64,000 nucleotides of DNA from Actinomycetota bacterium. GTDB taxonomy: Bacteria > Actinomycetota > Acidimicrobiia > Acidimicrobiales > JACCXE01. Every line of letters begins with the position of its first letter. The first letter of the stretch is position 1. Under the pieces are notes generated by a model. That model was not told where the DNA came from. It was given only the letters and a program-made list of their open reading frames with translations, and searched no databases. The translations under genes and the position numbers were made by a program. Below, in pieces: positions 7,915-16,580 of the stretch. Location of the stretch: positions 9,840 to 73,839 of the forward strand of contig JBEEFV010000031.1 of assembly GCA_041166405.1 (NCBI GenBank), read 5' to 3'.

Positions 7915-9192
7915 TTACAGATCGCCGTCGAAATCGATGGCGATGACGGTGGCGAACTCGTCGACGTCGGAGTCGGGAACGAAGATCGTCAGCTCACCGC
8001 TGGGGTCGGGCAGGAACGACTCCATGATCGCCGTGTGCTTCTTGAAGCCGAGGGACGACCCGGTGCCCAGCGCCGTCACGGCCTTCACGCGCTTGACGGG
8101 GATGCCGCGTACCGTGACCGACTCGTACGGCTTGGCGATGGCGATGGCATACACGCGGCTGTCGCGGCGTGTCGACGGTCCGTAGAACTGCCACGGCTCG
8201 AGGCCCGGCGTCACCCCGACGACGGCCTCGCGGTGCTTGGCCATCCAGCGCGTCACCGCGTCGAGGCGCTCGACCTGCACGTCGGGGATGGATCCATCGC
8301 CCATCGGCGACACGTTCAACAAGAAGTTGCCGCCCTTGCCGACGATCTCGCACAGCGTGTGGATGATCTGCGTCGACGACTTGTAGTTCGTGTCGCCGGG
8401 GACCCATCCCCACGAGTCGTTCATCGTCATGCACGTTTCCCACGGGCCGGGCAGCGGCTTCGGCGGCACGAACTGCTCCGGCGTCTCGAAGTCGCGCACG
8501 CCGTAGAGGCGGTCGTTGATCACGATGTTCGACTGCAGCCCGCGAATCAGTTCTTCGAGCTCCTTGGGCTGCCACCACGGGACGGGACGCTCCCAACCTC
8601 CGTCGAACCACAACTCGTCGACCTGCCCGTACTTCGTGAGGATTTCGGTGAGTTGCGCTTTCAGATAGGCGCGGAACTTCTCGGCGTCTTCGTCGCTCGA
8701 CAGCGGCGGCGACGATCCGAGCACGTAGGGCTTGTGCTCTTCGGCGAACGGCGGATACGTCGGCTCGTGCCAGTCGCACAGCGAGAAGTAGAAGCCGACG
8801 CGCAACCCTTCGGCGCGCAGCGCGTCGGCGAGCGGACCGACGATGTCCTTGCCGTACGGCGAGTGCATGATCGACCAGTCAGTGGTCGCCGTGTCCCACA
8901 TCACGTAACCCGAATGATGCTTGGTGGTGAACACGAGGTAGGTCGCGCCCGCGTTCTTCACGCGCCGGGCGAACGCGGCCGGGTCCCAGTTGACGGGATC
9001 GAACGTGGCGGCCGACTGGTGGTACTGCTCGACCGGCACGTCCCAGCTGCTCGGTAACACCGAGATGCCGCCGGTCAGCGGCCACGACGTTTCGAGTCCC
9101 TGCTGACTCGCGTGGTCCCAGTGCACGAACACGCCGAACCCGGCTCCGATGAACCACTCGTCCAGCCCCGGCGAACGAAATCCGTCAGTCAC
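7915..9192 (-). CDS. alpha-L-fucosidase (GH29), apparently cytoplasmic
   Basis: FGVFVHWDHASQ and LVFTTKHHSGYVMWDT (GH29 KHH.G...W motif). The start is set at the in-frame GTG 9192, because the longer ORF (to 9885) is antisense to the hydrolase gene. Confidence 0.8.
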   Translation of the reverse strand: MTDGFRSPGLDEWFIGAGFGVFVHWDHASQQGLETSWPLTGGISVLPSSWDVPVEQYHQSAATFDPVNWDPAAFARRVKNAGATYLVFTTKHHSGYVMWDTATTDWSIMHSPYGKDIVGPLADALRAEGLRVGFYFSLCDWHEPTYPPFAEEHKPYVLGSSPPLSSDEDAEKFRAYLKAQLTEILTKYGQVDELWFDGGWERPVPWWQPKELEELIRGLQSNIVINDRLYGVRDFETPEQFVPPKPLPGPWETCMTMNDSWGWVPGDTNYKSSTQIIHTLCEIVGKGGNFLLNVSPMGDGSIPDVQVERLDAVTRWMAKHREAVVGVTPGLEPWQFYGPSTRRDSRVYAIAIAKPYESVTVRGIPVKRVKAVTALGTGSSLGFKKHTAIMESFLPDPSGELTIFVPDSDVDEFATVIAIDFDGDL

Positions 9193-9219
9193 GGTGACGG
9201 AACGTAGTTTGAGGGCGCT

Positions 9220-9945
9220 GTGCTGAGCACCTTCGCGGACGGGCGAATCTTCGGGCAGACCTACGGCTCCGCGCCGGCGCGCGTCGTCGCGCTCCACGGC
9301 TGGGCGCGCACGCACACCGACTTCGAGCAATTGCTCGCGGGGTTCGACGCCATCGCCCTCGACCTGCCCGGGCACGGCGCGACGCCCGAACCGCCTTCGG
9401 ACTGGGGCTCGCCGCAGTACGCCGCGCTCGTGGCCGACGTCGTGCGCGCGCTTCCCGAACCGCCGGTCGTGGTAGGCCACAGCCTCGGCGGACGCGTCGG
9501 CGTGCACCTGGCGGCGTCGTATCCCGACGCCGTGCGCGGTTTGGTGCTGACCGGCGCGCCGCTCATCCGCGTCGCCACGAAGGGCAAGCCAAAGGCGTCG
9601 TACCGGATGGTGCGCGCGCTCAACCGTCGCGGTGTGATCTCCGACGCCCGCATGGAAGCGGCTCGCCTGAAGCACAACGCGCCGGAATACCGCAACGCTT
9701 CGCCGGGCATGCGTCCTGTATGGGCGCGGCTGGTTGCGGAGAATTACGACGACGCCATCGCCGGTATCCGCTGCCCGTTGCGGCTCGTGTGGGGTGACGA
9801 CGACACCGCCGCGCCGCTCGCCGGCGCGCAGGAACTCGCGGGACGGACGGGCGCGTCGCTCAGCGTCGTGCCCGGTGCTGGTCACATGACCCCGTTCACC
9901 GCGCCCGACGCGCTGCGCGCCGCGCTCGAGGAGTTGTTGGCGTGA
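9220..9945 (+). CDS. alpha/beta-fold hydrolase
   Basis: Nucleophile elbow GHSLGGRV, HGW oxyanion region, C-terminal GAGHM histidine region. Confidence 0.8.
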   Translation: MLSTFADGRIFGQTYGSAPARVVALHGWARTHTDFEQLLAGFDAIALDLPGHGATPEPPSDWGSPQYAALVADVVRALPEPPVVVGHSLGGRVGVHLAASYPDAVRGLVLTGAPLIRVATKGKPKASYRMVRALNRRGVISDARMEAARLKHNAPEYRNASPGMRPVWARLVAENYDDAIAGIRCPLRLVWGDDDTAAPLAGAQELAGRTGASLSVVPGAGHMTPFTAPDALRAALEELLA

Positions 9946-11357
9946 TCGGCGTCGCCGTAGCCATCCAAGTGATCGCCGTCGTGGACGCGCTGCGCTGGCT
10001 GCGCGTCGCGCAACGCGAGCACTACATCGCCGGATCGGTGACGCGTTTCGCGTGGCGCTGGTGGCGCGTCGGCATCGGGCTGCCGTTGCGCGGCCGGACC
10101 TCGAAGCTCGTGTGGACGCGGCGCATGCGGGTCCTCGCGTTCCTGACTGTCTTCCTGCACGTCGGTGTCGTCATCGCCTTCGCTGCGCTCACGCCCCTGA
10201 TCGTCGCGTCGCTGATTTCGTTGCTGTTGGTGCCGGCGACGGTCGACGGCGCGCTGCTCCTCGCCACGCCGATCGAAGCACGCGCGCTGCGGCCTTTCGT
10301 CGAGCAGGCCACGAAGAAGTTGCAAACGATCAAGCCGACGATCGTCGGCATCACCGGGAGCTACGGCAAGACGTCGACCAAGGTCGTGCTGGCGCACCTC
10401 GTCGAAGGCACGAAGACGGTGTCGGCGAGCCCGGCGAGTTTCAACAACCGCGCCGGCCTCGCGCGTGCCGTCAACGAGACCTTGAGTCCGGGCACCGACG
10501 TGTTCGTGGCGGAGATGGGCACGTACGGGCCCGGTGAGATCGCGGCGCTGTGCGAGTGGTGTCCGCCGACGGTGTCGATCATCACTGCGATCGGGCCGGT
10601 GCACCTCGAGCGCTTCGGCTCCGAGGACGTGACTCTCGTGGCGAAGTCGGAGATTCTCGAGACGGCGTCGACGGTGATCCTGAACGAGGACGACGAGCGC
10701 TTGGCGAAGCTCGCCGACACGATCGCCGCCGCCGGGAAGAAGCGCCTGATGCGCGTGTCGGCGACGCGCGTCGACGCCGACGTCGCGGTGATCGCCGACG
10801 ACGACGGAGGGCGCGTCTACGAGAACGGCAAGTTGGTCGGCCGCGTCGCAACGCTGCCGACCGCGGCGACGAACGTGGCGTGCGCGGTGGCCGCGGCGCG
10901 GGCGTTGGGTGTGCCGGCAAAGGACGCCGTCGCTCGCTTGGCGAACGCGCCGGTCGCATCGCATCGCCTCGAAACCGCCACCGCGGCGTCGGGCGCCGTC
11001 GTGCTCGACGACACGTTCAACTCGAACCCCGCGGGCGCGCGCCGCGCGCTGGCGTTGCTGTCCGCATCCGGTTCTCCCGGTGGGCGCAAGGTGCTCATCA
11101 CACCGGGGATGATCGAGTTGGGTCGTCGCCAGTTCGAGGAAAACGCGAAGTTCGCGACCGACGCCGCACAGGTCGCGTCGATCGTCGGTGTCGTCGGCCG
11201 CACGAACCGCAAAGCGCTGCTGAAGGGCCTCGCCGGCACCTCCGTCGAGGTCAAGAAGTTCCGCACGCGTGACAAGGCCGCCGCGTGGGTACGCGCCAGC
11301 CTGACCGCCGGCGACGCCGTGCTGTACGAGAACGATCTCCCGGACGCCTACAAGTAG
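9942..11357 (+). CDS. Mur ligase family protein, MurF-like, with a hydrophobic (transmembrane-looking) N-terminal ~130 aa instead of the usual MurF N-domain
   Basis: P-loop GITGSYGKTSTK, VAEMGTYGPGEIAALCEW, ITAIGPVHLERFGS, HRLE, LDDTFNSNP, ITPGMIELG. The N-terminus contains the LAFLTVFLHVGVVIAFAALTPLIVASLISLLLV helices. The GTG start overlaps the upstream stop. Confidence 0.8.
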   Translation: MIGVAVAIQVIAVVDALRWLRVAQREHYIAGSVTRFAWRWWRVGIGLPLRGRTSKLVWTRRMRVLAFLTVFLHVGVVIAFAALTPLIVASLISLLLVPATVDGALLLATPIEARALRPFVEQATKKLQTIKPTIVGITGSYGKTSTKVVLAHLVEGTKTVSASPASFNNRAGLARAVNETLSPGTDVFVAEMGTYGPGEIAALCEWCPPTVSIITAIGPVHLERFGSEDVTLVAKSEILETASTVILNEDDERLAKLADTIAAAGKKRLMRVSATRVDADVAVIADDDGGRVYENGKLVGRVATLPTAATNVACAVAAARALGVPAKDAVARLANAPVASHRLETATAASGAVVLDDTFNSNPAGARRALALLSASGSPGGRKVLITPGMIELGRRQFEENAKFATDAAQVASIVGVVGRTNRKALLKGLAGTSVEVKKFRTRDKAAAWVRASLTAGDAVLYENDLPDAYK

Positions 11358-11368
11358 GCTCACCCGTC

Positions 11369-12445
11369 GTGGCTGAGGCGTTGGTTCTTTTCGGTGGGCC
11401 ATCCCCGGAGCACGACGTGAGTGTGCTCACCGGCCTGCAGGCGGCGCGCACGCTCAGCGCCAGCGAGGCGTTGTACTGGACGCGGGCGGGCGACTTCGTC
11501 ATCGTCGACGCGTCGCTCGAAGGCAAGGACTTCGCCGACGGCGTGCCCCGTGGGGCGAAGCCGGCGCGCATCACCGTCGGCGGCGGCATCAGCGTCAAAG
11601 GAGGCATGGGCCGCGAGAAGACCTACGACAGCGTCGTGGTCAACTGCTGCCACGGCGGGCCGGGCGAGAACGGCACGATCCAGGCGACGCTCGACCTCGC
11701 CGGGGTTGCCTACACCGGTCCGTCTGTCGACGGTGCGGCGCTCGGCATGGACAAGCTGGCGTTCGGCGCGGCGTGCGCGTCGGCCGGCATTCCGGTGCTG
11801 TCGCGCGTCGCCTTCACCGACGGAACCAAGCCCGACTTCGACGGCCCGTACATCGTCAAGCCCCGCTTCGGTGGGTCCTCGATCGGCATCGACATCGTGA
11901 CCGACCTCGACACGGCGTGGGCGCGCCTCAAGGCGAATCCGCACCTCGCGCGCGGCGCGGTGATCGAGCCCTACCGTCCCGAGTCGATCGACCTCAACGT
12001 CGCGGTGCGCGCCTATCCGTCGCTCGAGTTGAGCGCGATCGAAAAGCCCACGCGCGCCGGCGGCGACATCTACTCGTACAAGGAGAAGTACGTGGGCGGC
12101 GAAGGCATGGCGACCGCGCCGCGCGAACTGCCGGCCCAGATCCCGAGCCACCTCGAGGAAAAACTTCGTGGCTACGCCCGCGAGGCCGCGCAAGTCGCCG
12201 GCCTGCGCGGCGTGGCGCGCATCGACTTCCTGCTCGACGGCGACACGCTGTTCCTCAACGAGATCAACACCATTCCGGGTTCGCTGTCGTGGTTCTTGTG
12301 GGTCGACCCGGTTGTGCCGTTCAAGCAGTTGCTCGACGACATGATCGCCGAAGCCGCCGCGCGCCCGACGGCGAAGTACAGCGCCGCGGGTGCTGATGGT
12401 GCCGTCCTGCGCAGCGGTGCGTCGATAGCCTCCAAGTTGGCATGA
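11369..12445 (+). CDS. ddl: D-alanine--D-alanine ligase
   Basis: LVLFGGPSPEHDVSVLTG, IVKPRFGGSSIGI, IYSYKEKY (omega-loop Tyr present), ARIDFLLDGDTLFLNEINTIPG. The start is set at in-frame GTG 11369. Confidence 0.85.
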   Translation: MAEALVLFGGPSPEHDVSVLTGLQAARTLSASEALYWTRAGDFVIVDASLEGKDFADGVPRGAKPARITVGGGISVKGGMGREKTYDSVVVNCCHGGPGENGTIQATLDLAGVAYTGPSVDGAALGMDKLAFGAACASAGIPVLSRVAFTDGTKPDFDGPYIVKPRFGGSSIGIDIVTDLDTAWARLKANPHLARGAVIEPYRPESIDLNVAVRAYPSLELSAIEKPTRAGGDIYSYKEKYVGGEGMATAPRELPAQIPSHLEEKLRGYAREAAQVAGLRGVARIDFLLDGDTLFLNEINTIPGSLSWFLWVDPVVPFKQLLDDMIAEAAARPTAKYSAAGADGAVLRSGASIASKLA

Positions 12446-12807
12446 GTGGTTGCGTGAGCGTCGACGTTTCGCCCGCGAGGTTCGCGACACTCGTCGCCGA
12501 CGCCCTCGACTCGATCCCCGAGGACATCGCGTCGAAGATGGACAACGTCGCCGTCGTCGTCGACGACTTCGCTCCGCCGGGCCGCCTCCTCGGCCTGTAC
12601 GAAGGTGTGCCGCTCACGCAACGCGCCAATTACGGCGAAGGACGCCTCGTCATGCCCGACCGGGTCACGATCTTCCGCCGTTCGATCTGCGCGATCTGCG
12701 AGACCGACGAGGACGTCGTGGACCAGGTGCGCGTCACCGTCATCCACGAGATCGGTCACCACTTCGGCATCAGCGACGCCCGCCTGCACGAACTCGGCTG
12801 GGCCTAA
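12442..12807 (+). CDS. small zinc metallopeptidase-like protein (zincin, DUF1025-like)
   Basis: HExxH motif in VTVIHEIGHHFGISD. The ATG overlaps the ddl stop (ATGA). Confidence 0.7.
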   Translation: MSGCVSVDVSPARFATLVADALDSIPEDIASKMDNVAVVVDDFAPPGRLLGLYEGVPLTQRANYGEGRLVMPDRVTIFRRSICAICETDEDVVDQVRVTVIHEIGHHFGISDARLHELGWA

Positions 12808-12816
12808 CCGCAACGC

Positions 12817-13353
12817 ATGTCGCGGTTTTCCATCGCGGCGATCGGCGCTGACCGACCAGGCATCGTCGCTGCCGTCACCGGAGTGTTGACGGAACGCGCG
12901 TGCAACCTCGAGGACACGGCGATGGCGATCCTCGGCGGCCACTTCAGCATGATGCTCGTCGTCTCCGGACCGACCGATCTCGACGCGGCGACGCTCGAGG
13001 CCGCGCTCACGCCGGTCGCGAACGAACTGCATCTCGTCACGATGGTGCGCGCCATCGACGCCGCGGTCGCCGTTCCCGAATCGGGGGAGTTGTGGACCGT
13101 CAGCGTGCACGGCGCCGACCACCCCGGCATTGTGCACGGGATCGCGCGGGCGCTCGCGGACATGAACGTGAACGTCGTGGATCTTGCGACGCGAGTCGTG
13201 CCTGGCGACGGCGGACCGGCGTACGTGATGGTGCTCGACGTCACGCTGCCCGACGACGTCGACGGCGACGCCCTCAACGCGCGGCTCGACGCCGTCGGCG
13301 CGGAGCTCGGCGTGTCGTGCAAGGCACACGAGTCCGAAGCCGACATTCTCTGA
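12817..13353 (+). CDS. tandem ACT-domain protein (GcvR-like)
   Basis: Two ACT-like repeats: SIAAIGADRPGIVAAVTGVL... and TVSVHGADHPGIVHGIARALADMNVNV. Confidence 0.7.
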   Translation: MSRFSIAAIGADRPGIVAAVTGVLTERACNLEDTAMAILGGHFSMMLVVSGPTDLDAATLEAALTPVANELHLVTMVRAIDAAVAVPESGELWTVSVHGADHPGIVHGIARALADMNVNVVDLATRVVPGDGGPAYVMVLDVTLPDDVDGDALNARLDAVGAELGVSCKAHESEADIL

Positions 13354-13357
13354 CCCG

Positions 13358-13858
13358 GTGACGGCGCGCCCGGTCGTCGGCCTGCCGCATCCCGTGCTGG
13401 CAGCGGTCACCCCGCTCGTGACCGCATTCGACGACGCGCTGGCGCGACTCGTCGCCGACCTGCTCGACACCATGCGCGCGTCGCCGGGATGCGTCGGGTT
13501 GGCGGCGCCGCAAATCGGCGTCAGCCAGCGCGTCGCCGTCATCGACTTGCGCGGCCACAAGAAGGCGCCCGTCAACCACGGCGAGCTCGTCCTAGTGAAC
13601 CCCGTCGTCGAGGCCCGCGACGGCAGCGACATCGGCCGGGAGGGCTGCATGAGCGTGCCGGACTTCACGGGCGACGTGAGCCGCGCCAGCGCACTGACGC
13701 TGGCCTGGCAGGACGCCAGCGGCGCGACGTTCCGCGACGCGTTCTCGGGCTTCGAAGCCCGCGCCGTGCAGCACGAGGTCGACCATCTCGACGGACTGCT
13801 CTTCCTGGACCGGGCCGGGGGCCGCGAGGCCATCTTCCGCCGCAAGGTTTACAAGTAG
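13358..13858 (+). CDS. def: peptide deformylase
   Basis: The three PDF motifs are present: GLAAPQIG, EGCMSVP, QHEVDHLDG. Confidence 0.9.
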   Translation: MTARPVVGLPHPVLAAVTPLVTAFDDALARLVADLLDTMRASPGCVGLAAPQIGVSQRVAVIDLRGHKKAPVNHGELVLVNPVVEARDGSDIGREGCMSVPDFTGDVSRASALTLAWQDASGATFRDAFSGFEARAVQHEVDHLDGLLFLDRAGGREAIFRRKVYK

Positions 13859-13870
13859 CTTCTGGGCCAC

Positions 13871-14344
13871 ATGGCCTTTCCGGAGAAGCTGTTGAACGAG
13901 GACGAGGAGATCCTCATCGACTCGCATCCGCACTGGTGGGTCTTCGCCGGCGCCGTCAGCCGCCTCGTGCTCGCGATCGCAATCGCAATTGGCATCGTCG
14001 TCAAGTTCGACGGCAAAGCCGTGAACTACATCGGCATCGCCCTCATCGCGATCGCCGTTCTGAACCTGCTCGTCGTCTACGTCAAGTGGCGCACGACCGA
14101 CTTCGTGCTCACCAACGATCGCCTGGTGACGCGCCGCGGCATCTTCAGCCGCGACTCGCGCGAGATCCCGCTCGACCGCGTGATGGACCTGTCGTGTCAC
14201 CAGTCGCTGTTCGAGCGTTTCATCGGCGCCGGCGATCTGATGATCGAATCGGGAGGCGAGCGCGGGCAGGAAGTGTTCTCCGACTTCGGCAATCCGTTCG
14301 AACTGCAAAACGCCGTGCACCGCGCCATCGAAGCGAGGAAGTAG
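13871..14344 (+). CDS. membrane protein with bacterial PH (bPH_2, YdbS/YdbT-like) domain
   Basis: LNEDEEILIDSHPHWW, followed by two hydrophobic helices and the RLVTRRGIFSRDSREIPLDRV segment. Confidence 0.7.
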   Translation: MAFPEKLLNEDEEILIDSHPHWWVFAGAVSRLVLAIAIAIGIVVKFDGKAVNYIGIALIAIAVLNLLVVYVKWRTTDFVLTNDRLVTRRGIFSRDSREIPLDRVMDLSCHQSLFERFIGAGDLMIESGGERGQEVFSDFGNPFELQNAVHRAIEARK

Positions 14345-14355
14345 TCGTGGATTCG

Positions 14356-15423
14356 ATGCGCATCGGGATGGTGTGTCCCTACAGCCTCACCATTCCGGGC
14401 GGCGTGCAGATGCAAGTCATCGCGCTCGGCCGCGCCCTGCGCGACCTCGGCCACGTCGTGCGCGTCCTCGCGCCGTGCGACGGGCCGCCGCCCGAACCGG
14501 CGGTGACCGCGCTCGGCAAGTCGATCCCGTGGGCCACCAACGGTTCGGTGGCGCCCATCGCACCCGACCCGTCGGCGGCGATCCGCACGATCCGCGCGCT
14601 GCGCAGCGAACAGTTCGACGTCGTCCACGTGCACGAGCCGTTGGTGCCGGGACCGTCGCTGACCGCGGTGTTGTTCTGCGACACACCGATGGTCGGTACG
14701 TTCCACCGAGCCGGCGCGAGTCGCGCGTACGAGTTCCTGTCGCCGATCACGAAACGTCTCGGCAAACGACTCGACCATCGCGTCGCCGTGTCGCAGGACG
14801 CGCTCCGCACCGCGCGCGACGGCGTCGGCGGCGAATTCACCGTGCTGTTCAACGGCATCGACGTGGACCGCTTCGCCAACGCCCACGCGATGGCAACCGA
14901 CGGGCCCACGGTGTTGTTCTTCGGTCGTCACGAACCGCGCAAAGGATTGCGCTGCCTGCTCGAAGCGGCGCGCTCGCTTCCCGATGACGTGACGTTCTGG
15001 ATTGTCGGCCACGGCCCCGAGACCGACGGACTCAAGGCGAAATACGCGGACGATCCGAGGCTCCACTGGCTGGGCCGCATCGACGACGAGGAACTGGCGC
15101 AGCGTCTCGCGGGAGCCGACGTGTTCTGTGCGCCGTCGCTGTTCGGCGAAAGCTTCGGGATCGTGCTGCTGGAAGCGATGGCGGCCGGCACGGCCATTGT
15201 CGCCAGTGACCTACCCGGCTACCGCGCCGTCGCACGCCCCGACGAAGACGCCGTGCTGGTGGCGCCCGAGGATGTCGACGGGCTTGCGAAAGCGCTCAAC
15301 GAACTGCTCGACGACCCGGCGCGTCGCGCTGAGCTCGTGGCGTCGGGCCGAGAGCGCGCGCGCGACTTCGCCATGCCCAAGCTGGCACGCGCCTACGCCG
15401 ACATTTACGCGTCTCTCCTTTAA
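14356..15423 (+). CDS. pimA: GT4 glycosyltransferase, PimA-like (phosphatidylinositol mannosyltransferase-like)
   Basis: MRIGMVCPYSLTIPGGVQ...LAPCDG and GESFGIVLLEAMAAGTAIVASDLPGY closely resemble my memory of mycobacterial PimA. An alternative GTG start lies at 14347. Confidence 0.75.
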   Translation: MRIGMVCPYSLTIPGGVQMQVIALGRALRDLGHVVRVLAPCDGPPPEPAVTALGKSIPWATNGSVAPIAPDPSAAIRTIRALRSEQFDVVHVHEPLVPGPSLTAVLFCDTPMVGTFHRAGASRAYEFLSPITKRLGKRLDHRVAVSQDALRTARDGVGGEFTVLFNGIDVDRFANAHAMATDGPTVLFFGRHEPRKGLRCLLEAARSLPDDVTFWIVGHGPETDGLKAKYADDPRLHWLGRIDDEELAQRLAGADVFCAPSLFGESFGIVLLEAMAAGTAIVASDLPGYRAVARPDEDAVLVAPEDVDGLAKALNELLDDPARRAELVASGRERARDFAMPKLARAYADIYASLL

Positions 15424-15461
15424 GCCGCGAGATTCACATAGCGCCCGCAGTTGAAAACGGC

Positions 15462-16460
15462 GTGACCAAGCCAATGGAACAGATCAAGCGTGTGCGGGTC
15501 GGTCCGCTCGATCTGGTGACCGCGCCCCAGGGTCGGGCGCGGCGACTGATCGACAATCCGATAACAAAGGCCCGACGCGCCCGAAACGACAGCAAACAGC
15601 CATTCGTGCGCCAACAGCGCGTCACGGCCGACGACCTCGCCCGCCTGGCGGAGCAGGATCCGGAAGCCGCGGCGATCGTGGACCAGATCAAAGGTCTGAT
15701 GTGGTACCACACGATCGACCTCGGCCACGGCGTCCGAACTCCGGGCTACGTCGATCACCGGTCGCAGCTGCCGCACTACGGGCTGCCCCAGTCGATGGAG
15801 GGCATGCGTTGCCTCGACATCGCGACGTTCGACGGCTTCTTTGCCTTCGAGTTCGAGCGCCGAGGTGCAACCGACGTCGTCGCCAATGACGTCGCCAACA
15901 AGGCCGACATCGACTGCCCGCGGCAGATGCTGCGCGACGTGGAGGGTTTCGGCCTGAGCGGTCGCACCGGAGACGCCTACGCCGTCGCCCATCGGATCCT
16001 GAATTCGAAAGTGCAACGCGTCGAGCGCAGCGTCTACGACCTCGATCCCACCGTCGACGGCATGTTCGACTTCGTGTTCATCTCCGACGTGTTGCTGCAC
16101 CTGCGCGACCCGCAGACCGCTATCGAACGGGCCTACTCGGTGTGTCGCGGCGAGCTCGTGATCGCCGACGTGTACTCGCCCGACCTCGAGGGCCTCGGCA
16201 ACGTCCCTGCCGCGCAGTTCCTCGCTCCCGGCGAGGTGTGGTGGTACATGAACGTCGCGTGCTTGCGCCAGATGATGATCGTGGCGGGGTTCGAACCCGT
16301 GACCGAGGTGCGCCGTTTCATCCTCGACTCCATGAGCGGGCGGAACCTTCACAAAGTCGTGCTGCGTGGAACCGCATCCGCCGAACCGTCGTGGGTTGCG
16401 AAGGAACTGGCGAACCGGGTCGTGTCGAACCGTCGCAAGCGCGAGGCGCGCACGTCCTAA
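15462..16460 (+). CDS. class I SAM-dependent methyltransferase
   Basis: WYHTIDLGHGVRTPG and RCLDIATFDGFFAFEFERRGA (motif I-like), FDFVFISDVLLHLRDP. Confidence 0.7.
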   Translation: MTKPMEQIKRVRVGPLDLVTAPQGRARRLIDNPITKARRARNDSKQPFVRQQRVTADDLARLAEQDPEAAAIVDQIKGLMWYHTIDLGHGVRTPGYVDHRSQLPHYGLPQSMEGMRCLDIATFDGFFAFEFERRGATDVVANDVANKADIDCPRQMLRDVEGFGLSGRTGDAYAVAHRILNSKVQRVERSVYDLDPTVDGMFDFVFISDVLLHLRDPQTAIERAYSVCRGELVIADVYSPDLEGLGNVPAAQFLAPGEVWWYMNVACLRQMMIVAGFEPVTEVRRFILDSMSGRNLHKVVLRGTASAEPSWVAKELANRVVSNRRKREARTS

Positions 16461-16483
16461 GTCGGCGCCGACCCGTAGACGCG

Positions 16484-16523
16484 CCGCAGCCCCTGGGTGT
16501 GGTCAAGAACCCAGGGGCTGCGG
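16484..16523. terminator. bidirectional stem-loop between convergent genes
   Basis: CCGCAGCCCCTGG (16484-16496) pairs perfectly with CCAGGGGCTGCGG (16511-16523). It lies between the methyltransferase and LPXTG-protein stops. Confidence 0.5.
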
Positions 16524-16554
16524 TCAGTTGTCTGAACCGACGGGGATCGGTTCG

Positions 16555-16580
16555 TGTTGCTGTTGCTGTTGCTGTGTTGC
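16555..16580. repeat. hexanucleotide microsatellite (TGTTGC)n
   Basis: TGTTGC TGTTGC TGTTGC TG TGTTGC, directly abutting the stop codon (16581-16583) of the LPXTG gene. Confidence 0.8.

Noticed and set aside
9193-9885. The long N-terminal extension of the fucosidase ORF (track ORF 7915..9885). Similar upstream extensions occur in 13489..15423, 21038..22954, 31771..33756, 36116..37801, 51688..52629 and 54900..56366.
   Set aside because: The extensions overlap or are antisense to well-supported neighbouring genes and lack family-like sequence. In-frame internal starts that abut or overlap the upstream stop give proteins of canonical length.
9942-12807. Interpretation of MurF-like + Ddl-like + metallopeptidase as a vancomycin-resistance (VanA/VanX/MurF2-like) cassette.
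   Set aside because: The ligase keeps the Ddl-type omega-loop Tyr (IYSYKEKY). No VanH-like dehydrogenase or VanRS is adjacent. The small HExxH protein resembles DUF1025 zincins rather than the VanX D,D-dipeptidase.
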